Origin: Bacteroidota bacterium
GTDB lineage: Bacteria > Bacteroidota > Bacteroidia > Chitinophagales > Chitinophagaceae
Direction of reading: 5' to 3'
Length of the DNA stretch: 58,665 nucleotides
Assembly (NCBI GenBank): GCA_041159435.1
Contig: JBEAYH010000048.1
Span: 1-58,665 of the forward strand
The notes beneath the pieces are model-generated. The model had not been told where the DNA came from. It ran no database searches and saw only the letters and a program-made list of their open reading frames with translations. Shown one piece after another: positions 9,175-18,614 of this stretch. The position numbers were made by a program, and so were the translations under genes. Position 1 is the first letter of the stretch. Each line of letters starts with the position of its first letter.

Positions 9175-11991
9175 TCAAAGAAACATAGCAGTCTTGCTTT
9201 GTTTGACTTTTTTGATTCCGGACGGAATTCCCTCATAGATAATTTTTCCACCCTCATCGCCTGCTTCTGGACCCAGTTCAATCAGCCAATCAGCCGACTT
9301 TATTACATCTGTATTGTGTTCGATTACAATGATGCTATGTCCTTGTTCGATCAGGGCATTGAATGACATCAGTAATTTATTGATATCATGAAAATGCAAG
9401 CCAGTAGTTGGTTCATCAAAGATGAAAAGAATTTTATCTTGGTTTCCCTTGCCCTTTCCTAAAAAACTTGCCAGCTTCACTCTTTGCGCCTCTCCCCCTG
9501 AAAGGGTGTCGCTGGATTGTCCGAGTTTTACATATCCCAATCCTACTTCACTGAGTGGCTTGAGTTTTTGGGATGTTTCTTTGTGATCTGCAAAAAAAGC
9601 AATGGCTTCATCAACGCTCATTTGCAATACATCATGAATGTTTTTTCCTTTGTAATTGACTTCCAGCACGTCTTCTTTGAATCTTTTTCCATTGCAATTT
9701 TCACAGGTGAGATGTACATCTGCTAAGAATTGCATCTCTACCAATTGCTCACCCTCGCCTTTGCATGCGTCGCATCTTCCTCCATCCACATTGAATGAAA
9801 AATGTTTTGGCTGATATCCTCTGATTTTGCTCAGCTGCTGTGAGGAATACAAATCACGTATACTGTCCCATGCTTTTATATACGTAACCGGATTGCTTCT
9901 GGATGACTTTCCGATGGGATTCTGATCAACCATTTCAATATGTTGGATCAAATCAAGGTCACCTTTTAATTGTTGATGTGAGCCAATCTTTTCTGAAGAA
10001 ACTCCTGTCAGGTATTTTTCCATGGCAGGAAATAGAATTTTTTTCACCAAAGTTGTTTTCCCACTGCCGCTCACTCCACTGATGACAGTGAATACCCCCA
10101 ATGGGAAATGTACATCAATATGCTGCAAATTGTTTTCTGAAGCACCTTCAATGATAATATGATGTTTTGCTTTGCGCAATGATCTTGGAACTTCTATCTT
10201 CAGTTCGCCATGTAAATATTTTGCTGTCAGGCTTTTTTCTGATTGCAAGATGTCTTCAATGGTACCCTCTGCTACAACTTCACCACCAAGGTGACTCGCC
10301 AGTGGACCCATGTCGATGATATGGTCTGAAGAACGCATCATGTTTTCATCGTGCTCAACTACTACAACCGTGTTTCCCAGATCACGCAATTTTTTCAATA
10401 CTTTGATGAGCCTGTCTGTATCTCTGCTGTGCAATCCAATCGACGGTTCATCCAGTATGTAGAGAGAATTGGTCAGGTTGCTTCCAAGACATCTTGTTAG
10501 TTGGATGCGCTGACTTTCTCCGCCACTCAAGCTGTTGGCCAGTCTGTCAAGTGTCAGGTATCCCAGTCCAACATCCAGCATGGTCTCTATACGTTGATTG
10601 ATTTCAATCAAAATTCTTTTTGCGATGCTTGTTTGATGGGTTGTCAGTTCTATGTTTTTAAACCATTCTGCCAGATCCCTTATAGGAAGCTTGCAAAGCT
10701 CACCAATGTGTTTTCCATTGACCTGAATGTAGAGCGCCTCTTTTCGCAATCGATAACCATTGCAGCTGGTACAGGTTGTTCTCCCTCTGTATCTGGAGAG
10801 CAAAACCCTGAACTGAACTTTGTACAGGTTTTGTTCAACTTCTTTGAAAAAATCATCTATGCCATGTGCATGTTCATGCCCCTTCCAAACCAACTCTTTT
10901 TGCTTTTCTGTCAATTCACCATAGGGTTTGTGTACTGGAAAGGAGATGGATTTTGCACCTTTGATAAACTGCTCTCTCCACCAATTCAACTTTTCACCTT
11001 TCCATGGCGCAACTGCTCCGTCATAGATACTCAATCTTTGGTTGGGAATGACCAGGTCTTTGTCAATTCCTAAAATTTGCGAATATCCTTCGCAGGTGGG
11101 ACATGCGCCAAAGGGATTGTTGAATGAGAACAAATTTGGAACAGGTTCTTCAAACAGCATGCCGTCTAGTTCAAATTTGTTTGAGAAGGGGATCAAAGTT
11201 TCTTCGTTTCTCAAAAGCTGGAGAGCGCCTTCGCCCTCATAAAATGCCAGAGAAATGGAATCTGCCAATCTGTTTTCTTCGTCTTCATCAAATTGTTTTG
11301 CTACCAACCTGTCAATCAGTAAAAAAGTCGAAGATGTCATTCTCCATTCATGGTCATCGACCAATTCTTCCAGCGATAGAATTTTTTTATGCGCCCTGTC
11401 GTATAGCCTGGAGAAACCTTTTTGAATGAGTATATTAAGTTCCTCGCTAGTTTTCCTGTTTTTTGAAAATTGCAAAGGAGCGAGGATATAGAATTTGTCG
11501 CCTGGTTTGAAATTTCTTATTGTCTGCAGAACATCTTTTACATCATCTTTCTTGACTTCTTTTCCTGAAATGGGAGAAATCGTTTTGCCAATTCTTGCAT
11601 ACAAAAGTCGCAGGTATTCATAAATCTCTGTCATGCTTCCAACAGTAGACCTGGGTGTTTTCGTAACTACTTTTTGTTCGATGGCAACTGCAGGACACAA
11701 ACCGGAAATATGGTCAACTTCTGGCTTGTCCATTCTCATTAAAAATTGCCTTGCGTATGCACTCAGACTTTCTGCATACCTTCTTTGTCCCTCGGCAAAG
11801 AGGGTATCTATGGTCAAAGATGATTTTCCAGATCCGGAAACACCCGTAACAACAGTGAGTTTGTTTCTAGGTATTTCTACGTACACGTTCCGTAGATTGT
11901 GCATGCGTGCACCTTGGATAAAAATTCCGTCTTTGGTTGTAATTTTTTTCACAGTTCCTTTCTTTCCCTTTGCTGGAGCGGCTTTCGACAT
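9175..11991 (-). CDS. uvrA: Excinuclease ABC subunit A
   Basis: Two ABC cassettes ([34 protein letters not shown]), EGQRRY.ESLS.YARQF and FSFN..GGRC..C. The ATG at 11991 lies just below a promoter element. Confidence 0.96.
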   Translation of the reverse strand: MSKAAPAKGKKGTVKKITTKDGIFIQGARMHNLRNVYVEIPRNKLTVVTGVSGSGKSSLTIDTLFAEGQRRYAESLSAYARQFLMRMDKPEVDHISGLCPAVAIEQKVVTKTPRSTVGSMTEIYEYLRLLYARIGKTISPISGKEVKKDDVKDVLQTIRNFKPGDKFYILAPLQFSKNRKTSEELNILIQKGFSRLYDRAHKKILSLEELVDDHEWRMTSSTFLLIDRLVAKQFDEDEENRLADSISLAFYEGEGALQLLRNEETLIPFSNKFELDGMLFEEPVPNLFSFNNPFGACPTCEGYSQILGIDKDLVIPNQRLSIYDGAVAPWKGEKLNWWREQFIKGAKSISFPVHKPYGELTEKQKELVWKGHEHAHGIDDFFKEVEQNLYKVQFRVLLSRYRGRTTCTSCNGYRLRKEALYIQVNGKHIGELCKLPIRDLAEWFKNIELTTHQTSIAKRILIEINQRIETMLDVGLGYLTLDRLANSLSGGESQRIQLTRCLGSNLTNSLYILDEPSIGLHSRDTDRLIKVLKKLRDLGNTVVVVEHDENMMRSSDHIIDMGPLASHLGGEVVAEGTIEDILQSEKSLTAKYLHGELKIEVPRSLRKAKHHIIIEGASENNLQHIDVHFPLGVFTVISGVSGSGKTTLVKKILFPAMEKYLTGVSSEKIGSHQQLKGDLDLIQHIEMVDQNPIGKSSRSNPVTYIKAWDSIRDLYSSQQLSKIRGYQPKHFSFNVDGGRCDACKGEGEQLVEMQFLADVHLTCENCNGKRFKEDVLEVNYKGKNIHDVLQMSVDEAIAFFADHKETSQKLKPLSEVGLGYVKLGQSSDTLSGGEAQRVKLASFLGKGKGNQDKILFIFDEPTTGLHFHDINKLLMSFNALIEQGHSIIVIEHNTDVIKSADWLIELGPEAGDEGGKIIYEGIPSGIKKVKQSKTAMFL

Positions 11992-12000
11992 ATACGACTG

Positions 12001-12008
12001 CAAATATA
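12001..12008 (-). promoter_or_regulatory. -7 promoter element TATATTTG for uvrA
   Basis: Exact TAnnTTTG match 9 nt upstream of the ATG. Confidence 0.65.
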
Positions 12009-12084
12009 TTGCTTAAGCGGGAGTAAACAGCTGCGTATTTTCACGTAGGCGTTAACACTACACTGACAGTTTATTGCTTAAGCG
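12007..12084. repeat. 13-bp direct repeat TATTGCTTAAGCG (12007-12019 and 12072-12084), each copy containing the palindrome GCTTAAGC
   Basis: Read directly from the sequence. Confidence 0.85.
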
Positions 12085-12152
12085 TCGTACAACTATTTAC
12101 GTAATTCAAAAAATTAGGTCCCATATTATTTTTCCCTGCCTCAGATCGACTC

Positions 12153-12160
12153 TAGATTTG
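12153..12160 (+). promoter_or_regulatory. -7 promoter element TAGATTTG for the ECF sigma gene
   Basis: Exact TAnnTTTG match 40 nt upstream of the ATG. Confidence 0.55.
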
Positions 12161-12200
12161 AACTGTCAAGGCGAAAATCAACCACTCAAAAAAAGATTTT

Positions 12201-12785
12201 ATGGTAGCAACATCAAGTCAGAACGATCAAGAACTGATCCATGAATTTGTATCAGGCAACATGCGATCTTTCGAACAGTTGTTGAATCGCCACAAAGACA
12301 GGATTTTTACTTCTATTGTGATGATGGTAAAGGACAGGAGTCTGGCAGATGATATCTTTCAGGATGTATTCATCAAGGTGATTGATACCATCAAGGCAGG
12401 ACAATACAATGAAGAAGGAAAATTTCTGCCCTGGGTTTTAAGAATCGCCCATAATCAATGTATTGATCATTTCAGAAGAGTGAAAAAGAATCCATCTATG
12501 AGTTGTGGTGACCAGACTGAAATGTCAGCGTCTGCATTGATTACAAATGAAAATGCTGAAACCAGCATCATACAATTACAAAGTGCTTCAAACATACAGG
12601 GCTTGCTGAACAAGTTACCCGAAGACCAGCGCGAAGTGATTGTGATGAGACATTTTGCCAACCTTAGCTTTAAGGAAATTGCTGAGAAAACAAACTGTAG
12701 CATTAATACCGCACTTGGCAGAATGAGATATGCTTTGATCAATCTACGCAGACTTATGGCTGAGGTACCTGCTGCTGTTGCCTGA
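12201..12785 (+). CDS. ECF-type RNA polymerase sigma-70 factor
   Basis: Region 2 DDIFQDVFIK...FLPWVLRIAHN.CIDHFR; region 4 LPEDQREVIVMRHF..LSFKEIAE...SINTALGRMRYA. Confidence 0.93.
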   Translation: MVATSSQNDQELIHEFVSGNMRSFEQLLNRHKDRIFTSIVMMVKDRSLADDIFQDVFIKVIDTIKAGQYNEEGKFLPWVLRIAHNQCIDHFRRVKKNPSMSCGDQTEMSASALITNENAETSIIQLQSASNIQGLLNKLPEDQREVIVMRHFANLSFKEIAEKTNCSINTALGRMRYALINLRRLMAEVPAAVA

Positions 12786-14712
12786 TATTTTTCATCCCGT
12801 TCAATCCGCATGTCAACCATGCTTCAAAATCACTTGCATTTGGCGTGTATCCTATGGGTGATGTAATCAATTGCTCGTCTGGAGAGATGGCTACATACCA
12901 TGGTTGTGACGTAGCATTGAAATTTTCTGTTTGAAATAAGCTCCATTTGTTGCCCACCGTTTTTACCTGGATAGATGTACCATTGGATGATTTGTAGTTT
13001 TGTTGCTGATCGATTGGCAGCACTTCTTTGTCATCAACATACAGGGACACTAAAATGTATTGATCCATCAATGCTTTCACTTCTTTTTTGGTCCAAACAT
13101 TTTCCTCCATTTTTCTGCAATTCACACAGGCCCAACCTGTGAAGTCAATTAAAATGGGCTTGTTTTTTTCTTTTGCAAGCTTCAATGCCTCTTGGTAATC
13201 TTTGAGTGGCTCATCACAATTAACAGGATCCGCGAAGATGCTGTAGCAAACAGGTGGTGGAAAGCCGCTGATCAATGAAATGTTGGCATATTTGGTATTT
13301 GTAACGCCCGGTATAAGATACAGTGTGAATCCCAATACTGCAAAAGCAACAATTCTTCTTCCCATTGATATTTTTTCTCCTTTTGTATCATGTGGAAATT
13401 TGATCCATCCCATCAGGTAGATGAAAAGAGATAGGAAGATCAGTATCCAAATTCCAAAGAAGATTTCTCTTTTGATGATTGACCAATGGGCCACCAAATC
13501 CGCGTTTGAAATAAATTTCAAAGCCAATGCCAATTCAATAAATCCCAGTACAACTTTTACGGTATTGAGCCAGCCTCCACTTTTTGGCAGTGAATTCAAC
13601 CATTGAGGGAAGAGGGCAAAAAGTGCAAATGGCAAACCCAATGCAACTCCAAATCCTGCGAGTCCCGCAGTCAATGGCCATGCTCCTGAGGTTGCAGTAC
13701 CAACCAGTAGGGTGCCCAGAATGGGACCTGTACAGGAGAACGAAACAATGGTAAGTGTCAATGCCATGAAAAATACGCCCAATGCATCTGATCCTTGTTT
13801 TGCATTGGCAGAGTTTGCGAGTCCACCGGGAAGAGTAATCTCATAAAATCCAAAAAACGAGAATGCGAAAACAAGAAATATGATAAAGAAGGCAGTGTTC
13901 AAATAAACGTTGGTGGAAATATCATTATAGACCGATGGATTGATATTGCCAGCCAAATGAAATGGAATAGAGAATGATATGTAAATAAGAAAAATAAAAA
14001 ATCCATACATGATGGCAAGTCTTCTTCCTTTCTGTTTGTTATTCCCATGTTTCGTAAAAAAAGAAACGGTGAGGGGTACCATTGGGAAAACACAAGGAGT
14101 TAAAAGTGCGAACAATCCACCCAGGAAGCCCAATAGAAAAATTTTCAATAAGCCCGATTCCTCTTTGCTTTCATTGTTGGCTGGTCCACAGTTTACAAAT
14201 GGTTTTTGGATGTCGAGTTGTTCTATTTTCAAAGACTGTGCGACTGCCTTGCCGCCTTCGAAGGCTATTTCAATTGAAGCTGACTCACCTGGAAAAAATT
14301 CATCTTCCCTTCCATAGGTATAGTTCAGTTGGAGCGGAAAGGATGCCGGCACGACACCTGTAAACTCAATTGTGGCTTTCCAGCTGATGTCTTTGTTGTA
14401 TACTTCAAAACTGGATCCTTCAAAAACCTTGCTTTTTTTCAAGTTACCTGGTGTACTTGCTTGAAGCGGTGAAATTATTTTAACAGAAGAGTCAGGAAGA
14501 ACAATGGCTGCAGAGGGGATCCCCTCAAAGTTGATATCAGGTGCATACAGATCCCAGGCACCTGGGTTGATTGCCCTTAATTCAATTTGGAATTGATTTG
14601 GAGCAATGCGGATTGATTTGCCTTCCCATTTGATAGGGGCAACGGGTTCCTGTCCATTTGCACAAATGAACAACATGGATAGCAATGCAAGCAGCAGTCC
14701 CTTTGTTTTCAT
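12754..14712 (-). CDS. dsbD: Thiol:disulfide interchange protein DsbD (alpha-like + TM beta + thioredoxin gamma)
   Basis: Signal peptide, TM cysteines in TPCVFPM and FSCTGP, PKSGGWLN, and thioredoxin motif FTGWACVNCRKME. Confidence 0.9.
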   Translation of the reverse strand: MKTKGLLLALLSMLFICANGQEPVAPIKWEGKSIRIAPNQFQIELRAINPGAWDLYAPDINFEGIPSAAIVLPDSSVKIISPLQASTPGNLKKSKVFEGSSFEVYNKDISWKATIEFTGVVPASFPLQLNYTYGREDEFFPGESASIEIAFEGGKAVAQSLKIEQLDIQKPFVNCGPANNESKEESGLLKIFLLGFLGGLFALLTPCVFPMVPLTVSFFTKHGNNKQKGRRLAIMYGFFIFLIYISFSIPFHLAGNINPSVYNDISTNVYLNTAFFIIFLVFAFSFFGFYEITLPGGLANSANAKQGSDALGVFFMALTLTIVSFSCTGPILGTLLVGTATSGAWPLTAGLAGFGVALGLPFALFALFPQWLNSLPKSGGWLNTVKVVLGFIELALALKFISNADLVAHWSIIKREIFFGIWILIFLSLFIYLMGWIKFPHDTKGEKISMGRRIVAFAVLGFTLYLIPGVTNTKYANISLISGFPPPVCYSIFADPVNCDEPLKDYQEALKLAKEKNKPILIDFTGWACVNCRKMEENVWTKKEVKALMDQYILVSLYVDDKEVLPIDQQQNYKSSNGTSIQVKTVGNKWSLFQTENFNATSQPWYVAISPDEQLITSPIGYTPNASDFEAWLTCGLNGMKNIRQQQQVPQP

Positions 14713-14723
14713 AACAGCAGACG

Positions 14724-15191
14724 TTACCCTCCGACGGAAATTTTGAAAGTTACTTCAGATGGTGGCAAACACAAGTCATCATTGCAAACCATGAATTCAA
14801 CTTTTCCGTTGACGTTGGTTTTGGCATTGGTCTTGGTTTTAACCTTTTGAACAAACGTTACTGTCTTTTCAAAAAAATTCACATTTCCATCCCACGCTTC
14901 CTCACGTTTTGTAATTCTCTTTCCTCTTTCAGCAATGGCTCCTTGGTATGCAATCAAGGGATTGGGAGAAAAAGTAAAAGTGGTGGCAACGGGACCTTCC
15001 ACGCCAGCATTGGTAGCGTAGAGATGGTAGTTTCCGGAGATATTGGCTGTGATTTGTAGTTCGTATGTTTTGTCAGCCACTTTTTTGGATGTGTATGTCC
15101 AACTCACTTGTTTGGCAGACCCCATCTGGGCATGAGAAGCTATACCAGAAAATGCAAGGCAAAGCAGCAGAAAAGAGCGTAAAAGAATCAT
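14724..15191 (-). CDS. Stand-alone DsbD N-terminal (alpha, Ig-like) domain protein
   Basis: Signal peptide; V.W, YHLYA, GPVAT and VEFMVCNDDLCLPP. Confidence 0.8.
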   Translation of the reverse strand: MILLRSFLLLCLAFSGIASHAQMGSAKQVSWTYTSKKVADKTYELQITANISGNYHLYATNAGVEGPVATTFTFSPNPLIAYQGAIAERGKRITKREEAWDGNVNFFEKTVTFVQKVKTKTNAKTNVNGKVEFMVCNDDLCLPPSEVTFKISVGG

Positions 15192-15871
15192 GCTAAGATG
15201 TTTGATGATACAGATGCGAGAAATAAGCTATTAAAGACTGTTTTTCCATCCTCATTACTAAGTTTGGCAGAACATGCTCGTTCCGGATGTGGCATCATAC
15301 CAAATACGGTTCTCTCTTGGTTACAAATACCTGCAATATTCAAGAGTGTCCCATTTGGATTACTGGTTTCATTGATGGCTCCGCTTTCATCGCAGTACTG
15401 GTAAATGATTTGATGGTTGTTGTTGATTTGCTCCAGTGTTTTTTGATCTGCATGGAATCTGCCTTCTCCATGGGCAATGGGTATTTTCAATGGCCTTTTT
15501 TCTTGTCCAATGATGTGTACATTTTTGCAAATAAATTGCTGATTGGCATTTTTAAGTAAGACACCTGGCAGCAATCCAGCTTCACATAGAATTTGGAACC
15601 CATTGCAAACGCCCAAAACTTTTCCCCCTCTCTCTGCAAATTTGATTGTCTCTTGCATCATAGGGCTGAATCTGGCGATTGCACCGCAACGCAGGTAGTC
15701 GCCATATGAAAATCCACCAGGCAGAACAATACAATCATCCTCAGAAAAATTACTCAAATCATTGTCTTTGTGCCAGAGTTCTATTACTTCTTGACCAAGA
15801 TCATTTCGCAATGCTCCAATCATGTCCCGATCACAGTTGGAGCCAGGGAATATGACAACACCGAATTTCAT
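15188..15871 (-). CDS. purQ: Phosphoribosylformylglycinamidine synthase subunit PurQ
   Basis: FPGSNCDRD, PGGFSYGDYLR.GA, GVCNGFQIL, PIAHGEG and MMPHPER. TAATTTTG promoter at 15887-15894. Confidence 0.95.
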   Translation of the reverse strand: MKFGVVIFPGSNCDRDMIGALRNDLGQEVIELWHKDNDLSNFSEDDCIVLPGGFSYGDYLRCGAIARFSPMMQETIKFAERGGKVLGVCNGFQILCEAGLLPGVLLKNANQQFICKNVHIIGQEKRPLKIPIAHGEGRFHADQKTLEQINNNHQIIYQYCDESGAINETSNPNGTLLNIAGICNQERTVFGMMPHPERACSAKLSNEDGKTVFNSLFLASVSSNILA

Positions 15872-15931
15872 GAAAAACCGTTTTGGCAAAATTAATGCCT
15901 TTATGGGTACAACCTTTTTGTAATTGTTGAT

Positions 15932-16894
15932 TTAACGTATGTATGACAGAATGATCAGCAGTATTAAGACCAAATTGGGGATAAAATCCCGCTTGAAAGA
16001 TTGGAAAAACGGGGCGAAGAGCATAGAAGCGGGCACCAACAACAGGTAAAGATATTCACTCAGATACCCAATATTCAACAGGACAATGCACATCCCTGCA
16101 AGGAGCAGTGAGAACAGGATGATGAATGCCTTTCTGTTTTGAAGCACCATTTTACTGATTTGTGCAGATCCAGCCCAAAATCCAATCAAGGGAAGCATAA
16201 CAATACAGCTTATTTTAATGGCATGTATGGTGCTAACCATGGGCATTGTAAATGAGGGCATTTGAAGTTGCAACAAAGCATCGAATGAAAACTGATTCGT
16301 CAAATAGAGCAAGCTGGACAAAAAATAATATGGCAGAATGAATCCAAGATTTAAGATGCTCCATTCACGAAGCGATGTGGGTCGCATGATCAACAATGCA
16401 ATTGTTAACCATGCATAAAAAATAAAATAATTATTGACTACAGCAGATACAGCTGATGTTATAAAACCGACAACCATGATTTGATTGAATGGGTTATTGG
16501 TTTTGTACATGGATATGAATGCATTGAATACAACAATGATCAATGCATTGATGGTAAGCATGAAAATACTTATCCTGTATGGAATCAAGAATGACATCAG
16601 TAAAAAAGTCAACGCAATGACATAGGTACTTTTTTCCAGCAGTTTATAATCTCTGGCTATTTTATTAAGGTAAAGGGCTTCGGAGATCAGGGCAATGAAA
16701 GCGAATATTTTAATTCCTGTCCCAGGATTTTTTTCAAGCGGTGTAAGTAATTGCATGAACCAATGAAAAATGAACTGGTTGTCATTTTCGTTGTGTACAT
16801 AGGGCATGACCGGCTTGAGAAAAATACTTACATACCCCAGTCCAAGCAGCAACAAGAGCGCAAGGGGATTGTTATTCCTGAATATTCCCAACAC
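15932..16894 (-). CDS. Conserved Bacteroidota polytopic membrane protein (DUF6427-like)
   Basis: About 10 hydrophobic segments; FRNNNP N-terminus and RP.SLREW...GF.LPYYF. Confidence 0.55.
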   Translation of the reverse strand: MLGIFRNNNPLALLLLLGLGYVSIFLKPVMPYVHNENDNQFIFHWFMQLLTPLEKNPGTGIKIFAFIALISEALYLNKIARDYKLLEKSTYVIALTFLLMSFLIPYRISIFMLTINALIIVVFNAFISMYKTNNPFNQIMVVGFITSAVSAVVNNYFIFYAWLTIALLIMRPTSLREWSILNLGFILPYYFLSSLLYLTNQFSFDALLQLQMPSFTMPMVSTIHAIKISCIVMLPLIGFWAGSAQISKMVLQNRKAFIILFSLLLAGMCIVLLNIGYLSEYLYLLLVPASMLFAPFFQSFKRDFIPNLVLILLIILSYIR

Positions 16895-16899
16895 AATAA

Positions 16900-18450
16900 T
16901 TAGTATTCAATTTTTGCAAAGCAAATATAATTCTTATACATGCAGGGTATAATGATTTGTCGCAAACTGATTTGCTTTCCATATTTTGGCATGAAATCGT
17001 AGTCCCTGTTCAAATTTTTCAATGTTGGTTGTCGTTTCACCCTGCCATCCGCGTCTATGGATGCGCTGTTTAAAAGCAGTTCTCTTTTTTCTTTTTGATT
17101 GAACAGGAATCTTATCTCATTGCCGGTGTTGAACAATTGGTATCCTAAAAATGAGTCGGCATTGTCATCGTATTGACTTTTTCTGATGGTATTGCTCCAT
17201 TTCAAATTCCCATTTTCATCGAAAAAGAATGTTACAATGTTTTCCGAAACATACCTTGTCATGCTGTTTTGCATTCCATAACGATTGAAAGGGTCGTACC
17301 AGCCGTAAGGATAAAATCTCGTCATGGGGGAGTAGTAAAATGGATTGTAGAAGGGTGACATGAACATGCCCGGCCCATATAGGTAATCAAACCTGTTCCA
17401 GGGATTGCTTCTGGAACTTGAGTAAAAAGATTCTGTAAAAACAGCAAATCCACCGTCTTGTGTAGGCACAACCTGTCTTATAAACTGATCATTGAATGCA
17501 GTTTTGATGGAATTGTTTTCAGATTTTGCTTCAAGGCGAATGCTGTCGTTGAAGATGTATTGCTTTGGCTTGAGGCTTTCTCTTTTGTTTTTATCCCAGA
17601 TCATTGTATACACGCCTTCAATATTTCCCCGGCGTTGTTTGTAGTAAAAAGATGCCATCATCAGTTTCTTGTTGCCATTGTCGAATTTTATTTTCAGTTC
17701 ATCCAGGGTCAAGTCGTTCAGTGGAAGTTTTTGAACAAGTATAGAGTCGGCCAAGGCTCCTTTTATGATGAGTTCAACTTTATTGATATAATCCCTGCTT
17801 CCAATTCTGGTGCATTTCCCAAATGCAAAATCGCCTTCATTGTCCAATACAAAATCAGTGAAAACAACATCCCGATCAGGTGATTTGATTTCAAAACTAC
17901 TCTTCTTCAATGCCTTCATTTGCTGGTCATACAGGATCGTGGTAAACAAATAATCGCGTTCTGTATCTCTTTTGATTTTAAAGAGCATGATTTTTTTCTT
18001 GTCCTCGCTGTTGATCAGTGTGTACACCTTGTTTTCTGTATTGCTGTTCACTTGGGTGGTATCCAAATCAATAGGGTCTGACATCATCTTTCCCTCCCCA
18101 TTGATTTTAACCATGCTGCAATAGATCGAGTTCCTTTTTTGATGCTGGTATACCATGTAGGAAAAATCATTGTATGATATGAAGTCAACATTGATGATCT
18201 TCTCTGGGAGGTTGCTCAGCTCAATCCTGTTTTTCTGCTGCATATCCCCGTCGTATACCGAAATGGCATGCCTGTTTCTGTAGTTTTTGTATACCAGGAC
18301 ATTGTTGCTGATTCTTCCAAGGATTTCGAAACTCATGTCCCTCACATCGTCTTTGTCGACCAATGAGTAGTCAATTTTTTGTGCCTGCAGGCTATGGAAA
18401 ATGGCCAGCGTTCCCACAAGTGCTGCCCATTTGAAAGTCATGTATTTCAT
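16900..18450 (-). CDS. Exported hypothetical beta-rich protein with an aromatic/Pro-rich insert
   Basis: Long ORF in line with its neighbours. Signal-peptide-like start MKYMTFKW...LQAQ; exact start is uncertain (18489 is possible). Confidence 0.6.
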   Translation of the reverse strand: MKYMTFKWAALVGTLAIFHSLQAQKIDYSLVDKDDVRDMSFEILGRISNNVLVYKNYRNRHAISVYDGDMQQKNRIELSNLPEKIINVDFISYNDFSYMVYQHQKRNSIYCSMVKINGEGKMMSDPIDLDTTQVNSNTENKVYTLINSEDKKKIMLFKIKRDTERDYLFTTILYDQQMKALKKSSFEIKSPDRDVVFTDFVLDNEGDFAFGKCTRIGSRDYINKVELIIKGALADSILVQKLPLNDLTLDELKIKFDNGNKKLMMASFYYKQRRGNIEGVYTMIWDKNKRESLKPKQYIFNDSIRLEAKSENNSIKTAFNDQFIRQVVPTQDGGFAVFTESFYSSSRSNPWNRFDYLYGPGMFMSPFYNPFYYSPMTRFYPYGWYDPFNRYGMQNSMTRYVSENIVTFFFDENGNLKWSNTIRKSQYDDNADSFLGYQLFNTGNEIRFLFNQKEKRELLLNSASIDADGRVKRQPTLKNLNRDYDFMPKYGKQISLRQIIIPCMYKNYICFAKIEY

Positions 18451-18614
18451 ATCCCATAAAATTAGGTGATGCAATGCAAACAGATTCATAAGACTTGATA
18501 AAAAGCGGCATGTTTGCTTATCCAGCCTTTTTTATTATTTTTTTAACCATTTTTAAAACCAATCCATATTACATATAACTTTGTTCAACCATCGAGGCTT
18601 AATCTTACCACATA

